Positions 12,660-25,574 of a stretch of 64,000 nt of DNA are shown piece by piece. The notes under the pieces are model-generated. The model did no database searches. It was not told the origin of the DNA and saw only the letters and a program-made list of their open reading frames with translations. The stretch comes from Eledone cirrhosa (Eukaryota). The position numbers and the translations under genes are program-made. The stretch covers positions 35,402,001 to 35,466,000 of the forward strand of contig OZ024744.1 of NCBI GenBank assembly GCA_964016885.1. The letters run 5' to 3'. How positions within the stretch are numbered: position 1 is the stretch's first letter; the number at the start of each line of letters is the position of its first letter.

Positions 12660-15600
12660 TGCTAAACTTCAGCTTCGGCTTGTACCCATGGGAAGTCGGG
12701 TCTTCTGTATTACTGCGTGACGCCAGAGGTCACGGTCGTGTGTCATCGCCTTTGAGAGGTGCAATTGGGTAAGGGCGGCTTTTATCATCTCATCCCAGGT
12801 CTTCTTAGGTCTCCCCACTCCACGGCTTCCATCAACTTCTAGTACTCTGCACCTTTTTATGCAGCTGTCATATTTCATACACATCACATGTTCATACCAA
12901 CGCAACCTCCTCTCCTGCACACAGCATTTGATTCCTCTGATGCTCAGTCACTCTCTCAATTCGTTTATACTTTGTCATTCGTGTATATTACTATTACACA
13001 TCTATCGGAGCATGCAAGCTTCGTTTCTTTCTAATCTACGCAAGTCTTCTACACACAACGCGCGGGACTTACTACCATGTAGCATTGCTGTTCATATGCA
13101 TGCATCATACAGTCTGCTTTTCATTTTGAGGGAAAAGCCTTTTGCAGCTAGCAGTGGCAGTAGCTCCCTGAACTTCCACCCCATTCTTACCCTGGTTACT
13201 GTACTTTCCGAACACTACTTCCACTGTTAATTTGGAGACCTAGGTAGCAAAAACTGTCTACTGTTTCTACAGAGTCCTCCCAGAGTTTGGTGGTGCTTGT
13301 TTCCTGTTTTTCCTGGTGTTTGTTTCCATTTGCTGCTTACTGTCCCGGTGCAGCTGCTACAGGTAAAGCCTACATTCTTATCTAAGCTTCCTGAGATCCC
13401 ACTACATCTCTTGAGTACCCATTGTTTGAATTTGGGGCAGAGGATGGAGTCCCTACCTACACCTTTTCTACATACTGAGCAAGGCCATTTCCTTGAGGGG
13501 ATCTGGATTCTGTTTTATCGTCTACTTACAAGACCTTAGTCTTTGTCATGTTGACTTTGACCCTTTCTTTCTAGTCTCTGCTTCCATATTTGTAATTTCT
13601 TCTCTAATTCCACCATAGAGTCAGCTATAAGTGTGATATCATCTGCATATAGGAGTTCCCATGGGCATCCGGTCTTAAACTCCTCCGTTATAGCCTGCAA
13701 TACTATAATGAACAGGAGAGGGCTAAGAACAGAGCCTTGGTGGACATTGACCTGTATGCTAAATTCCTCACTATAGCCATTGCTAACCCTAACTTTGCTG
13801 ACTGCTCCCCTATACATGGCTTGTACAGCTTTCATAAGCCATTCATCTAATCCTAGTTTTCTAAGAGCCCACCAGAATATAGCACGGGGGACTCTGTTGA
13901 AGGCTTTTTCCAAATCAACAAATGCCAGGTAGAGCGGCTTACTTTTAGCTAGGTACTTTTCCTGTAACTGCCTCACAAGGAAGAGGGCATCAGTGGTGCC
14001 TTTGCCTGGCACAAACCCAAATTGCATCTCATCTAGTTTTACCTGGTCCCTAATCAACTGTGCTATAACTCTTTCCGTTACTTTCACAACCTGGTCCTCA
14101 GCTTTATACCTCTGTAGTTTCTTCTATCTAGTGCATCGCCTTTACTCTTGTAGCAGTTGACAATGATGTTGCTGCACCAATCCTTTGGTATGACCCCCTC
14201 TAGTATTACCTGGTTAACAATACGTGTGGATATGGTGTGACCTACCGCCCAGATGCTTTCAGCATCTCGGCAGCTATACCCAGTTGCTATACCCGGTTGC
14301 TTTCTCCGGTTGCTTTCCCCGTCTTCATATCTTTAATTGCCTTACTTACTACGCTGCTGCTGACTTGTACTGCTGGCCCCTCTATAGGGTCTACTTGGGG
14401 TAGGGTCTCTTTCTGTCATGCATTCTCCTCATTTAGTAATCTTTCATAATGGCTCTTCCACGCATCTTTCTTCTCAGCACTTGTGAGGGCAAGCTCACCT
14501 TTATCATTCTGGGTAAACTTCTCTCCAATGACATCACAATTCTCTCTGACACACTGCCTCGCAATCTTGAACACCTCCTGTTTCGGGTCCTCACGTTGCA
14601 AAACATGCTTGAATTTTCTATCTTCCGCTTCCCTTCTAGCTAAGTATACTTGTCGCCTAGCTTCCCTCCTGGTCTCTATATAATGTACCCTGCCTCCCCC
14701 CTTCTTCCATTCCTTCCATGCCTGTCTCTTAGACTTAATTGCCTCATCTACCTAACTGTTTCACCACCAAGTCACTCTCCTCCTGCCTGTGGTCTTGCTC
14801 GAACCACAGATCTCATCTGTTGCCTTTAGTAAGTTATTTTTTAAGAACTCCCAGTGCTCTTCTACATTGAATGTCTCTATCTGTTCTTCTTTACTGCCAT
14901 AGGTGTCGAGTAAAATATCTTTAAATCTGTTACTGGCTGAGGGGTCTTTCAGCTTCCAGATCTTTCTTCTCCAGGTTGTCTCCTGTTTCCAAGTTCGTCT
15001 AGTTCTGACAATGAGGTCACTGACAACAAGTAATTTTGGGAGGTACATTCCTCACCAGGGAAGGCTTTTGTGTTTACAACCGTCCATCTATCTTATCCTC
15101 ATCAGAGGATCATCTATCTCATCCTCTGATGAGGATAAAATCTATCTGACTAGAATGCTCCCCTGATCTATAGGTGATCAGATGGTTGTCAGGTTTTTTG
15201 AAGTTTATGTTACATATTGGCATCGCAGAATTCTAGAAGCCTGAAGCCTTCTTCATTTCTTGTGCCAAGCCCGTAGTCTCCATGAACTCTATAGAAGCCG
15301 TCACGGTGTTTACCAACATGTCTGTTAAAGTCTCCTCTGCAATGATTAGGAAGTCATTGTCGTTTGTTAGGGCAGTGATGTGCATTAAGGACTTGTAAAA
15401 CCTATCCTTAAATTCGTCTGCCAAACCCGATTGAGGTGCGTAAGCTGATATGATTGTGGCAATTGTTTTATTCAGGACTAGTCTGAGTTTAATGATTCTT
15501 GCGTTCACCCCGTTCACTGAGATTACCTTATCAACTCATTTGTCAGCTAATAGTATACCTACACCACCCATCCCATTGTCATTTCGCACCCAGAAAAATT

Positions 15601-15710
15601 TGTAGCACTGACTTTTTCCTACAAGGACTCTAGCAGACTCTTGCACACAGCATACATCAATTTCCTTTCTCTCTAGCATCTCTACAATTTCTCCTGCTCT
15701 TCCTTTCAAA
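12660..15710 (-). mobile_element. Near full-length disrupted RTE LINE (APE endonuclease, RT, PHD-like finger)
   Basis: APE motifs (EMLERRKIDVCCVQE, ISAYAPQ, IDFIL); RT QFGFVPGKGTTDA, FVDLEKAF, HQGSVLSPLLF, LLYADD; RRLRWY..HV; multiple frameshifts and stops. Confidence 0.95.
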
Positions 15711-15730
15711 TATATTTATATATATATATA

Positions 15731-15975
15731 GGGTGCGGACGATATCTGTTCGCAAGATTACTGTCTAGGAAAAAATAACACAGTAGTTTTATTTTTAAGA
15801 TATATTTATCAAACTTGGGTCAGTTTGTCTTCATGACTTGTTCTTTTGATTTCACTCGATAAACCCGCCATTGGCTTTGATGATGGCCTCAAGGCGGCCT
15901 CGGAACCGGCTACAGGCCTCGGAACCGGTTACAGGCCTCTGAACCGGCTACAGGCCTTCATCACTGTCCCCCGAC
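15731..15975 (-). mobile_element. Tc1/mariner-superfamily transposase C-terminal remnant
   Basis: Minus strand reads ACSRFRGRLEAIIKANGGFIE* (stop at 15852-15854); ~20-bp unit AACCGGCTACAGGCCTCGG triplicated; abuts a (TA)n tract. Confidence 0.7.
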
Positions 15976-16310
15976 TTAGGCCCCTAAAGGTGATCCTGGC
16001 CTACATAAATTTCCAGTTCCTCAGAGAAATAACAACCCAACCAGGAGCTGGACATATCGGAGTATTGACGGAGTAAAATACTTTAACAACATGTGTGCCT
16101 ATCTCTACCACACCAATTCGGACTGCTTGAAGAGGTCACAGCCAATGATGGCTGTCACCGAAATATATATATAGCAGTACATCCTTAATAAACGAAGCCA
16201 AATTTTAAATATTTGACTTAATTACTTTATTTTATATTTATATATATATATGTGAAATAAAGTGTCTTGCTGAAGGACATAACACATTACCCAATCCAGG
16301 AATAAAACTC

Positions 16311-16606
16311 ACTGGCTGATTAGTGGATCTGCTAATATGCAGATCTTACTGATCAGCCAGTCTGCTGATATGCAAATGAGGCCAATCAGTCACTGTATAT
16401 TTTCACTAGCTCTGACAGTTGACAAGTGAACAGTGAGCTGTACTGATGAAGAGTGATGCCCAGAAACATTAGTTCTGTTTACATGCCAACACAAGAGCAA
16501 TAATGAAGGGTTCATTCTACTGACATGGCTATAAAAATGAGGCTTGTTTGCATAATTGCAAACGAATCGAATGTTATTAATATTTGAAAAACTTAGGTTA
16601 CATTTA
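16311..16606 (+). mobile_element. Hammerhead-bearing non-coding repeat, copy 1
   Basis: 16431-16606 aligns with 54538-54727; 16311-16403 is the reverse complement of part of 54348-54467. Confidence 0.75.
16426..16482 (+). ncRNA. Type I hammerhead ribozyme, damaged copy
   Basis: CTGATGA core at 16443-16449, GAAA at 16463; outer stem I GTGAACAG/CTGTTTAC; 9-nt deletion relative to copy 2 removes the GUC cleavage site. Confidence 0.6.
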
Positions 16607-16805
16607 TATGTATATATATATATGTATATATATATGTATATATATGTGTATATATATCTATATATATGTATATATATATATAAATATATATATGTATATA
16701 TATGTGTATATATATATATGTATATATATGTATATATATATGTGTGTAAATATATATATATGTATATATATATATGTGTAAATATATATATATGTATATA
16801 TATAT

Positions 16806-17730
16806 AGAGGGTGCTCTGAAAGTACAGTAGCTAGAGTCAGAACTGGATGGAAAAAGTTCAGAGAGCTTATACCACTATTAGCCACTAAAGGGTTCTCCCT
16901 AAAAATGAAAGGCAGGTTGTATGATGCCTGCATACGAACAGCAATGTTGCATGGCAGTGAGACTTGGGCATTGTGTGCAGAGGATATACGCAGACTAGAG
17001 AGGAACGAAGCTTGCATGCTCCGCTGGATGTGTAATATTAACATACGTGAACGGCAAAGCATAAGCGAACTAAGGAAAACATTAGAAATAAGAGAGATCA
17101 GATGTTGTTTACTCGAGAGAAGGCTACGTTGGTATGGTCACGTGATGCGCATGAAAGACGACAGCTGTATAACAAAGTGCAGGGCAATAAAGATAGACGG
17201 TAGCTACGGAGTAGGCAGATCCAGAAAAACCTGGGACGAGCTGATAAATTCCGACCTCACACACTTACACCTCTCCAAGACAATGTCACTGGACCGAGAC
17301 CTTTGGCGGTACTCAGTAATAGAGAAGACCCGCCTTACCTAAATACAAAGTAAAACCTACTACAGTCAGTAGGCATCTCTAACAAAATACACCCCCGTTA
17401 CACCACCCCACCCCATCCACACCGCCCCTTTCAATGTAAAGTTATGTTGGTGCCACAACATCCAGGCCGAAACAAATGAGATCGTGTAGGTGTCACGACA
17501 AAAAAAAACACGCAGTCCACGCTGTAATGTGGCCGTGTAGGCAACACGGTAAAAACCTCCCAGCCCCACACTGTAAATGTGGTTGGTGTTAGGAAGGGCA
17601 TCCAGCTGTAGAAAACCCGCCAGACAGTCCTATGCGAGCAAGACAATCACTCTTGCCTCAAGTGGGAAAACCCCCATCCAAACCCATGCAAGCGTGGAAC
17701 ACGGACGTTAAACGATGATGATGATGATGA
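16806..17730 (+). mobile_element. RTE LINE 3' fragment with full 3' UTR and (GAT)n tail
   Basis: ORF 16905-17342 [20 protein letters not shown]; UTR motif GTTAGGAAGGGCATCCAG; ends GTTAAACGATGATG. Confidence 0.95.
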
Positions 17731-17912
17731 TATATATATATTTGTATATATATGTAATTATATGTATATATATATATGTATATATATGTATATATATGTA
17801 TGTATATATATATGTATGTATATATATGTATATATATGTATATATATATCTATATATATATATGTATATATATGTATATATATGTATATCTATATCTATA
17901 TATATGTATATA

Positions 17913-17951
<39 letters not shown>

Positions 17952-18348
17952 GAATAATCGAGAATCGGAAAAACAGCTCACGAATTAACGATAAACAATA
18001 TCCGATATGAGTGGCAGAGGGCTCAATAATTTGGATAAATCAGAGCTATAACCATCGTTAAATTACCAACACATAGAGAAAATGCCTAAAATCACCCGTA
18101 CAGCCGAAAAAGAACGACCAGGAAGATTCGGGTCACTCAAATAAAATATCAATAAATCAATAAATTAAATGAATGTAAAAAACTTACCCGGACCCGCTAG
18201 AAGGGTGTTAAATCTAGCTTCTTCGGTTTCTGCAATCTTGAGCTCAGCCGTCAGGGTCTTATTGGTTCCTATTACCCACTCTACTACCCTAAGTATTGAG
18301 TACTTTGGTGCGTTATGGTCTACCTGGTTCCTTACCACATTTCCTTCG

Positions 18349-18380
<32 letters not shown>

Positions 18381-18382
<2 letters not shown>

Positions 18383-19815
18383 TCGTTTAACGTCCATCTT
18401 CCACGCTAGCATGTGTTTGGACGGGAATTTTCCCACTTGAGGCAAGAGTGGTTGTCTTGCTCGTATAGGACTGTCTGGTGGGTTTTCTACGGCTGGATGC
18501 CCTTCCTAACACCAACCACGTTTACAGTGTGGCCTGGGAGATTTTTACCGTGTTACCTACATGGCCACATTACAGCGTGGACTGTGTGTTTTTTTGTCGT
18601 GACACCTACATGACCTCATTTATTTAGGACTGGATGTTGTGGTACCAACATAACTTTACATCGAAAGGGGTGGTGTGGGGGTGGTGGGAGGGGTTGTATT
18701 TTGTTAGAGATGGCTACTGACTGTAGTAGGTTTTACTTTGTATTCAGGTAAGGCGGGTCTTCTGTATTACTGCGTAGCGCCAATGATCTCGGTCCAGTGA
18801 CATTGTCTTGGAGAGGTCGGAATTTATCAAGTCGTCTCAGGTTTTCTGGGTCTGTCTACTCCGTGGCTACCGTCTATTTTGATTGCCCTGCACTTTTTTA
18901 TACAGCTGTCGTCTTTCATGCGCATCACGTGACCATACCAACATAGTCTTCTCTCGAGTAAACAGCATCTGATCCCTCTTATTCCTAATTTCTCACTTAG
19001 TTCATTTATGCTTTGCTGTTCACGTATATTACTATTACACATCCAGCGGAGCATGCAAGCTTCGTTTCTCTCCAGTCTGCGTATATCCTCTGCACACAAT
19101 GCCCAGGTCTCACTGCCATGTAACATTGCTGTTCTTATGTAGGCATCATACAGCCTGCCTTTCATCTTTAGAGAGAAACCTTTAGCGGCCAATAGTGGTA
19201 TAAGCTCTCTGAACTTTTTCTATCCCGTTCTGACTCTAGCTACTGTACTTTCAGAGCATCCTCCTCCACTGCTGATTTTGTCACCCAGGTAACGGAAGGT
19301 GTCCACTATTTCTATAGAACTATCTGAGCAATGGAATGAGCTAGTATTCTGTGGGCACTTGCTGCTACTTATTGCACCTGAGCACCGGCCACATATAAAA
19401 TCTATATTCTTAGTTAGCTTACCTGTGATCCCACTACATCTTTTATGCACCCATACTTTGCATTTGGGACATAAAATGGAGTTTCTGCCTACTCCTTTCC
19501 TACACACTGAGCATGGCCATTTCCAAGATGGGACCAGTGCCCTATTTTCCTTCCTACATACTAGAACTTTAGTCTTAGACAAGTTAACTTGTAATTCTAG
19601 GCCTTTTAATTCTAGGCCATGCTTCCATGTTTGGAATTTCTTCTCTAGTTCAGCCATTGATTCAGCTATAAGCATTAGATCATCAGCGTATAGGAGTTCC
19701 CATGGGCAGCCGGTCTTGAACTCCTCTGTTATAGCCTGAAGGGCAATAATAAATAGGAGGGGGCTAAGGACGGAGCCCTGATGAACACCAACTTTTACGC
19801 TAAACTCTTCACTAT
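18381..19815 (-). mobile_element. RTE LINE 3' ~1.4 kb with 3' UTR
   Basis: ORFs 18827-19192 and 19220-19675; HQGSVLSPLLF and LLYADD motifs; same subfamily as 16806-17730. Confidence 0.95.
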
Positions 19816-19822
19816 ATATGTA

Positions 19823-19911
<89 letters not shown>

Positions 19912-20395
19912 ATAGTTATTGAACATCTGCCAACAGAACTAGAGTTTTATTAACACAATGAAAAGTCTATACCAAGGAAAATAATTATGTCTTCCGATAT
20001 GAAATGTGCAGACATTGTAACCTGATTATAGGTTCAAATTTAGTACATTTCTTTATTATTATTACATAACATTTTTTTTTATTAAGTAATAGCCATGAGA
20101 AGCTGGAATTAACTTTGATAGTGATACAGTCAATTTCCATGAGAACACAGAGTGGAAATATAAGGAATCTAGGCCAGTTGTCTTCTTTTACAATCAATAG
20201 TTATCAGACTGAAGTCTATCTAAGGTCAAAGAGTGAAAATTAATGTTTATATAAATTAATATGTATGTAAGCATATATGTAAGTATAAAGTAATTATGTA
20301 TATATGTGTATGTATGTATGTATGTATGCATACACACACACACATATATATATACACACATACACACATACATATACACACATACACACATACAT

Positions 20396-21056
20396 ATGGC
20401 CTAGAAACAAAGAGTCTTAAAGTCAACTTGACAAAGACTAAGGTCCTAGTAAGTAGAGGGGAAAACAGATCTACGATCCCCTCAGGGAAATGGCCTTGCT
20501 CAGTATGTAGGAATGGTGTAGGTAGAAATTCCATACACTATCCCAAATGCAAACTGTAGGTACCCAAGAGATGTAATGGGTCTCAGGTAGTTTAACTAAG
20601 AATGTAGGTTTTTACATGTAGTTGTTGCACTGGAGCAATTAGTAGTAAACAACTGCAGGAAATAAACGCTATCAAATTCTGGGAAGGTTCGGTAGAAGCA
20701 GTAGACAGCTTCTGCTACCTTGGTGACCAAACTAGCAGCGAAGGTGGGTGTTCTGAAAGTACAGTAGCCAGAGTGAGGACATAATGGAAGAAGTTCTGGG
20801 AGCTACTACCACTGCTGGCTACAAAAGGCTTTTCCCTCCAAATGAAAAGCAGATTGTACAATGCCTGTATATGAGCACCAATGTTGCATGGTAGTGAGGC
20901 AGGGGCACTGTGCGCAGATGACTTACGTAGATTGGAAAGAAATGAAGCTTGCATGTTTCGGTGGATGTGTAATAGTAATATACGTAAACGGCAAAACAAA
21001 GAAACTGGGAGAGAAACTAGGCATGAGAAAAATTAGATGCAGTGAGCGGGAGAGGT
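20396..21056 (+). mobile_element. RTE LINE internal fragment
   Basis: GLETKSLKVNLTKTKV..WPCSVCRNGVGRNSI; several stops. Confidence 0.9.
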
Positions 21057-22139
21057 TAACTCTGTGACAGACTGGCAGTCACTTAATGGACATGAAACCA
21101 TTTAAGCACTGGGCTTCATCCAATCCATGGAAGCAGAAAAAAATAGATCCAGAATGATTACTTTAACACTTAGCAGTGTGACTAATAGAGATTGCCAAAA
21201 TAGTATCAGACTTAAAAACAAGTATTGGGTTTGATATGATATCCTAGTATCCCAACCCACTACACTACCACCACCATTACCACCACCACCAAGATGGTGC
21301 CCCAGAATTGTCACAGTCCAGTGACTGAAACTATTTAAAGAAAATATTATCTTATAGAAATATTAACCTTATAACATTTGTTAAGTCTGATGTTATGTTT
21401 TGGGAGATTTATGTACATCGTTTTCCTTGTTAGTTATTACTAGCAAATGGACCTCTTGAGTTTTCTGGTTGTTTGAACAAAGGAATAGCAAACCTGTTAA
21501 ATTAACATATTAATGGCCAAGTATTCTCACCAGCATTTATCTTTTAACTTTAACGCTTTGGAATTTACATTACTCTATATTTACTATTATATTTTCACTG
21601 TAAAAACATAATTATCACATAATTATCTCACATAATATTCGAATCTATGAGATTTTGATATTATTTATTTAAGAACAATACCTTAACATCAGTATGAGTG
21701 ACTAGTTACAGCCGGTTTGATTTGAACTTAGATTGTAAAGGGCCGTAACTCTATGCTGCAAGGCTTGTTGTCTGACGCTCTATCAATACTGTCAATCCAC
21801 CACCCAGTGTTGGTAGAGGGTTGGACACCATGCTTTGCAGCACAGAGTTACCTGGGACGAGGTGATAAAAAGTGACTTTGCTCACTTACTCTAAGACAAT
21901 GACACAGGATCAAGACCTTTGACACCATGCAGTTGTACAGAAGACCCGACTGCTATTGCATACAAACCTACAGTCAGTAAGCATCTGTTAACCATGGGTT
22001 AGACGGGAGTTGTCCCACTTGAGGCAAGATTGGGCGGGTGACCGTGTCTCGCTCATATAGGACTATCTGGCAGGTTTTCTACGGCTGGATGCCCTTCCTA
22101 TCATTGATTTTACATCCGTTTTTTTTCCACACTTGCATG

Positions 22140-22915
22140 AGTTGGACAGGACCTTCTCAGCACAGCATCTCTCCACTCACCACGTTTCTTCATCATCTCC
22201 TCTGTGAGTTTCATCAATTTAAGGTCTGCTCTCACCACTTCTGCCCAGGTCTTCCTTGTGATTTCCTTCCACTGGCATTTCGAAGCTCTTCTTCACCTAT
22301 CAGTCATCATCCATGCACATCACATGTCTTTTCTCCTGCACACCACCTCAGATTCCTCTTAAAACCCAGCTTCTCCTTCAACATGTCCAAGCTCTGCTTT
22401 TCTCTTACACTTACATTGCACATCCAACGAAGCATGGTTGCTTCATTTCTCTCCAGTCTACACATGTCCTCTGCAGTCACAGCCCATGTATCACTACCAT
22501 GCAGCATCACACTTTGTACACAGGCATCATAGAGTCATCCTTTCATATATAGGGAAAAAACCTTTTGTAGTCAACAGTGGGAGTAGGTCTCTAAATCTTT
22601 TCCATCCTATCCTTATTCTAGCTATTATGCTTTCAGAACATCCTCCTCTGTTGTTAATTAATCTATGGACCCTTCCTGTGACAAGAAAAGGTTTATATTA
22701 CTAATATTCTTCCCTTTGGTTACCTCTGTGCATCTTCTACATACAAAGTCTTCTCCTCCTGTTACTCTACCCATTATCACCCTACATCTCTTGTGTACTA
22801 AAGATTTACATTGTGTACACCATATGGTGTTTGTGTCTACTTCTCTTCTACATATTGAGCAGTGCCTCTTAAATAAAGGAATCAAGATCCTATCTTCTTT
22901 CCTACTCACTAGCAC
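22140..22915 (-). mobile_element. Older RTE LINE fragment
   Basis: MLHGSDTWAVTAEDMCRLERNEATMLRWMC; degenerate PHD-like finger. Confidence 0.85.
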
Positions 22916-22931
22916 TATATAATCATTATTA

Positions 22932-23258
22932 TCCGACCTCCCATGGGTACAAGCTGAAGCATATAGACAATATGCCCCCACACCCTCCTACTGCAAGGTG
23001 GTCGTGGAGGTGCCACGGCAAAAAAGCACTTAGCCCACACTGTAAAGTGGACGTGTAGGCGCCACGAAAAAGCACCCAGCACTCACTGTAAATGAGGTTG
23101 GTGTTAGGAAGGGCATCCAGCTGTAGAAATCAAGCCAAATCAGTTCCTGTATGAGCAAGGCATGGTCAGCTGACTAGACACTGCCCACAACAGGACAACT
23201 CGTCTAACCCATGCTAGGGTGGAAGAACGGACGTAAAACGGTGATGATGATGATGATC
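22932..23258 (+). mobile_element. RTE 3' UTR / tail-only copy
   Basis: Starts at the ORF end (CCCATGGGTACAAGCTGAAGC); 48/49-bp units; AGGAAGGGCATCCAG; (GAT)n tail. Confidence 0.8.
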
Positions 23259-23261
23259 ACC

Positions 23262-23445
23262 GGTGAATTGGCAGTATCGGTAGAGGGTTGGACGCCATGC
23301 TTTCTAGCACAGACGTCCCTTTACAGTCTGAGTTCAAATCCCGCCGAGGTTAACTTTGCCTTTCATCCTTACGGGGTCGATAAAATAAAGTACCAGTAAT
23401 ACACTGGGTATTTGCTGGCCTTGTGCCTAAAGTAGAAACAATTAT
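23262..23445 (+). mobile_element. Complete tRNA-derived SINE (~185 bp)
   Basis: A box TGGCAGTATCGG; B box GAGTTCAAATC; central GCCTTTCATCCTTACGGGGTCGATAAAATAAAGTACC (recalls the Sauria-SINE central domain); tail GTAGAAACAATTAT; more than 10 relatives in the window. Confidence 0.85.
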
Positions 23446-23574
23446 CACCTTTTAAGATCTATTTTTTATGTTTGCATAGGTTAGATGGGTGTCATGTTCT
23501 AAGGCCTGATTGGTCAGGTGACTGGATCTTGCTTGTACATTTTGTTTTGGCTTTGTCTCTATGGCTGGATGCCC

Positions 23575-23902
23575 TTCCTCATAGTGGTGCCATCCAGTAC
23601 TGGGCCACAAAACTATGGCTATGCTGTGAGATGGGTTAGGCTCCTCATATTAGTGCCATCCAGTACTGGGCTCCAACTGGTCCCTCTGCATAGTGGTGCC
23701 AACCAATGCCAGGATCCCAAACTGTGGTTCTGCACCTGTCCCTCCTCATAGCGGTGTCATCAAGTATTGGGCTCCAAATCGGTGGCTACACTGTGAGATG
23801 GGTTAGGCTCCTTGTTTCGGTGCCATCCAGTACCAGGCAACAAAACTATGGCTCCATTGTGAGATGGGTTTGCTGTGGCCAACTGACTTGTCCCTCCTCA
23901 TA
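23575..23902. repeat. Degenerate minisatellite, about 5 units of 45-65 bp
   Basis: Recurring CTCCTCATAGTGGTGCCATCCAGTACTGGG..GTGAGATGGGTTAGG. Confidence 0.75.
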
Positions 23903-24894
23903 ACAGAGCCATCTAGTTCCACACTATAAATGTAGTTGGTGTTAGGAAGGGCATCCAGCTGTAAAATACCCGGCCAAATTTACAGCCCTTGCTGAAGCAA
24001 GGTCCAACATGGCCAACTCTGGTCAGATTTGCCTCCAGAATTGGCGTGAATGACCCAGCTAATCCATGCAAGCATGGTAAAATGGACACTAAACGATGAT
24101 GATGATGATAATAGATACACAGATATATATAGAGAGATAAATACACAGATACATAGAGATAGATAGAAAGATAGATACACAGATATAGATATATGGTATA
24201 ATACTAATGGAGGGTCATTTCTGTTTCAGTTTGCGACCAAGCTTGCTTAGTTTAGTTATCTGAAGCAGACAAAAGCCCATTAGTATTACACTGAAATATC
24301 TATATCTACTCTGCACTTAAACATGCATCAAGAACTCCTAGATCTCTGGGTTCTCTTCTTGATCCACAAACAACAAATGCATTACACGCCCTCACACAAC
24401 TACATCTACAGCAAGCCATAGGCAACATAGTGACATTGACAGTGACTAAAGAAATATATAGAGAGATAAAGAAAACTAACTCAGGGTCGCCTTCTGTGTA
24501 CTAAATACAAATACTACAGGCTTTCATATTTAATATAGTGAATTAATAGGTAGAGAGAGTGGTGTGTGGACATACTAGAATAAACTCTATACCTGATCTC
24601 TATATACTAGGAGAGAGATGATTAGGGCACAAATGTGTTCAGAAATAGTAAATAATTTTGTTTATTATTTTATTCAACATATTTATTTATTTATTATTTG
24701 CTGTACTATTAGTCTAATGTTTTTTTTTGTTCGTCATTCTCTTGTAATTGTTAATTATAATCCTCAAATGAAGGAAAGAAGGGAGAAGGATTATGAAAGA
24801 AGGAAATAAAGACACATATTTGGTTATAATTTTCCAACCTCCTGTGTTTACACATAATTACTAGGTTATATGTGTTACTATTTATGAATTACAC

Positions 24895-25266
24895 CCACAT
24901 ACACACACATACACACATACACACACACACATACACACATACACACACACTGACACACACACACATGCACACACACACATACACATACACTCTCTCTCAT
25001 ACACACATATACACATACACATTCACACTTTCACACTGACATACATTCATACATTCACACACTCACACACATACATACTCATGCACATACACATAATTAC
25101 AGACACACACCCACACAAATTCACATTCACACACACACACATTCACATTCACACACACACACACATTCACACTCTCACACACATACATAAATGTTTAGAT
25201 ACATATACAAACATGCATACATGTACACACACCTATGCACGAATACACATACACACACACATATGA

Positions 25267-25300
<34 letters not shown>
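24895..25300. repeat. (CA)n-derived simple repeat
   Basis: Direct reading of the sequence. Confidence 0.9.
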
Positions 25301-25301
<1 letters not shown>

Positions 25302-25574
25302 TAGCTAGATAAAAGATTATGGGTTAACACTTAATTATGATTAAGCAAAGAAAACAAAAATATACTCAATACTGTTACTAGAGTAGATTAATATTTGTTC
25401 AAAATTCGGGATGAGAAAAGAGAAAAACCTTTGAATAAATGACATGTAGAGGAATATATTAATATATATATATATGTATATGTGTGTGTATATATCATCA
25501 TCATCATCATCATCGTTTAACGTCCATATTCCACGCTTGCATGCAAACACACATGTGCACTTACATCTGCAAAG

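Noticed and set aside
23262-23350. tRNA gene
   Set aside because: The A and B boxes belong to a multicopy SINE head and no cloverleaf forms
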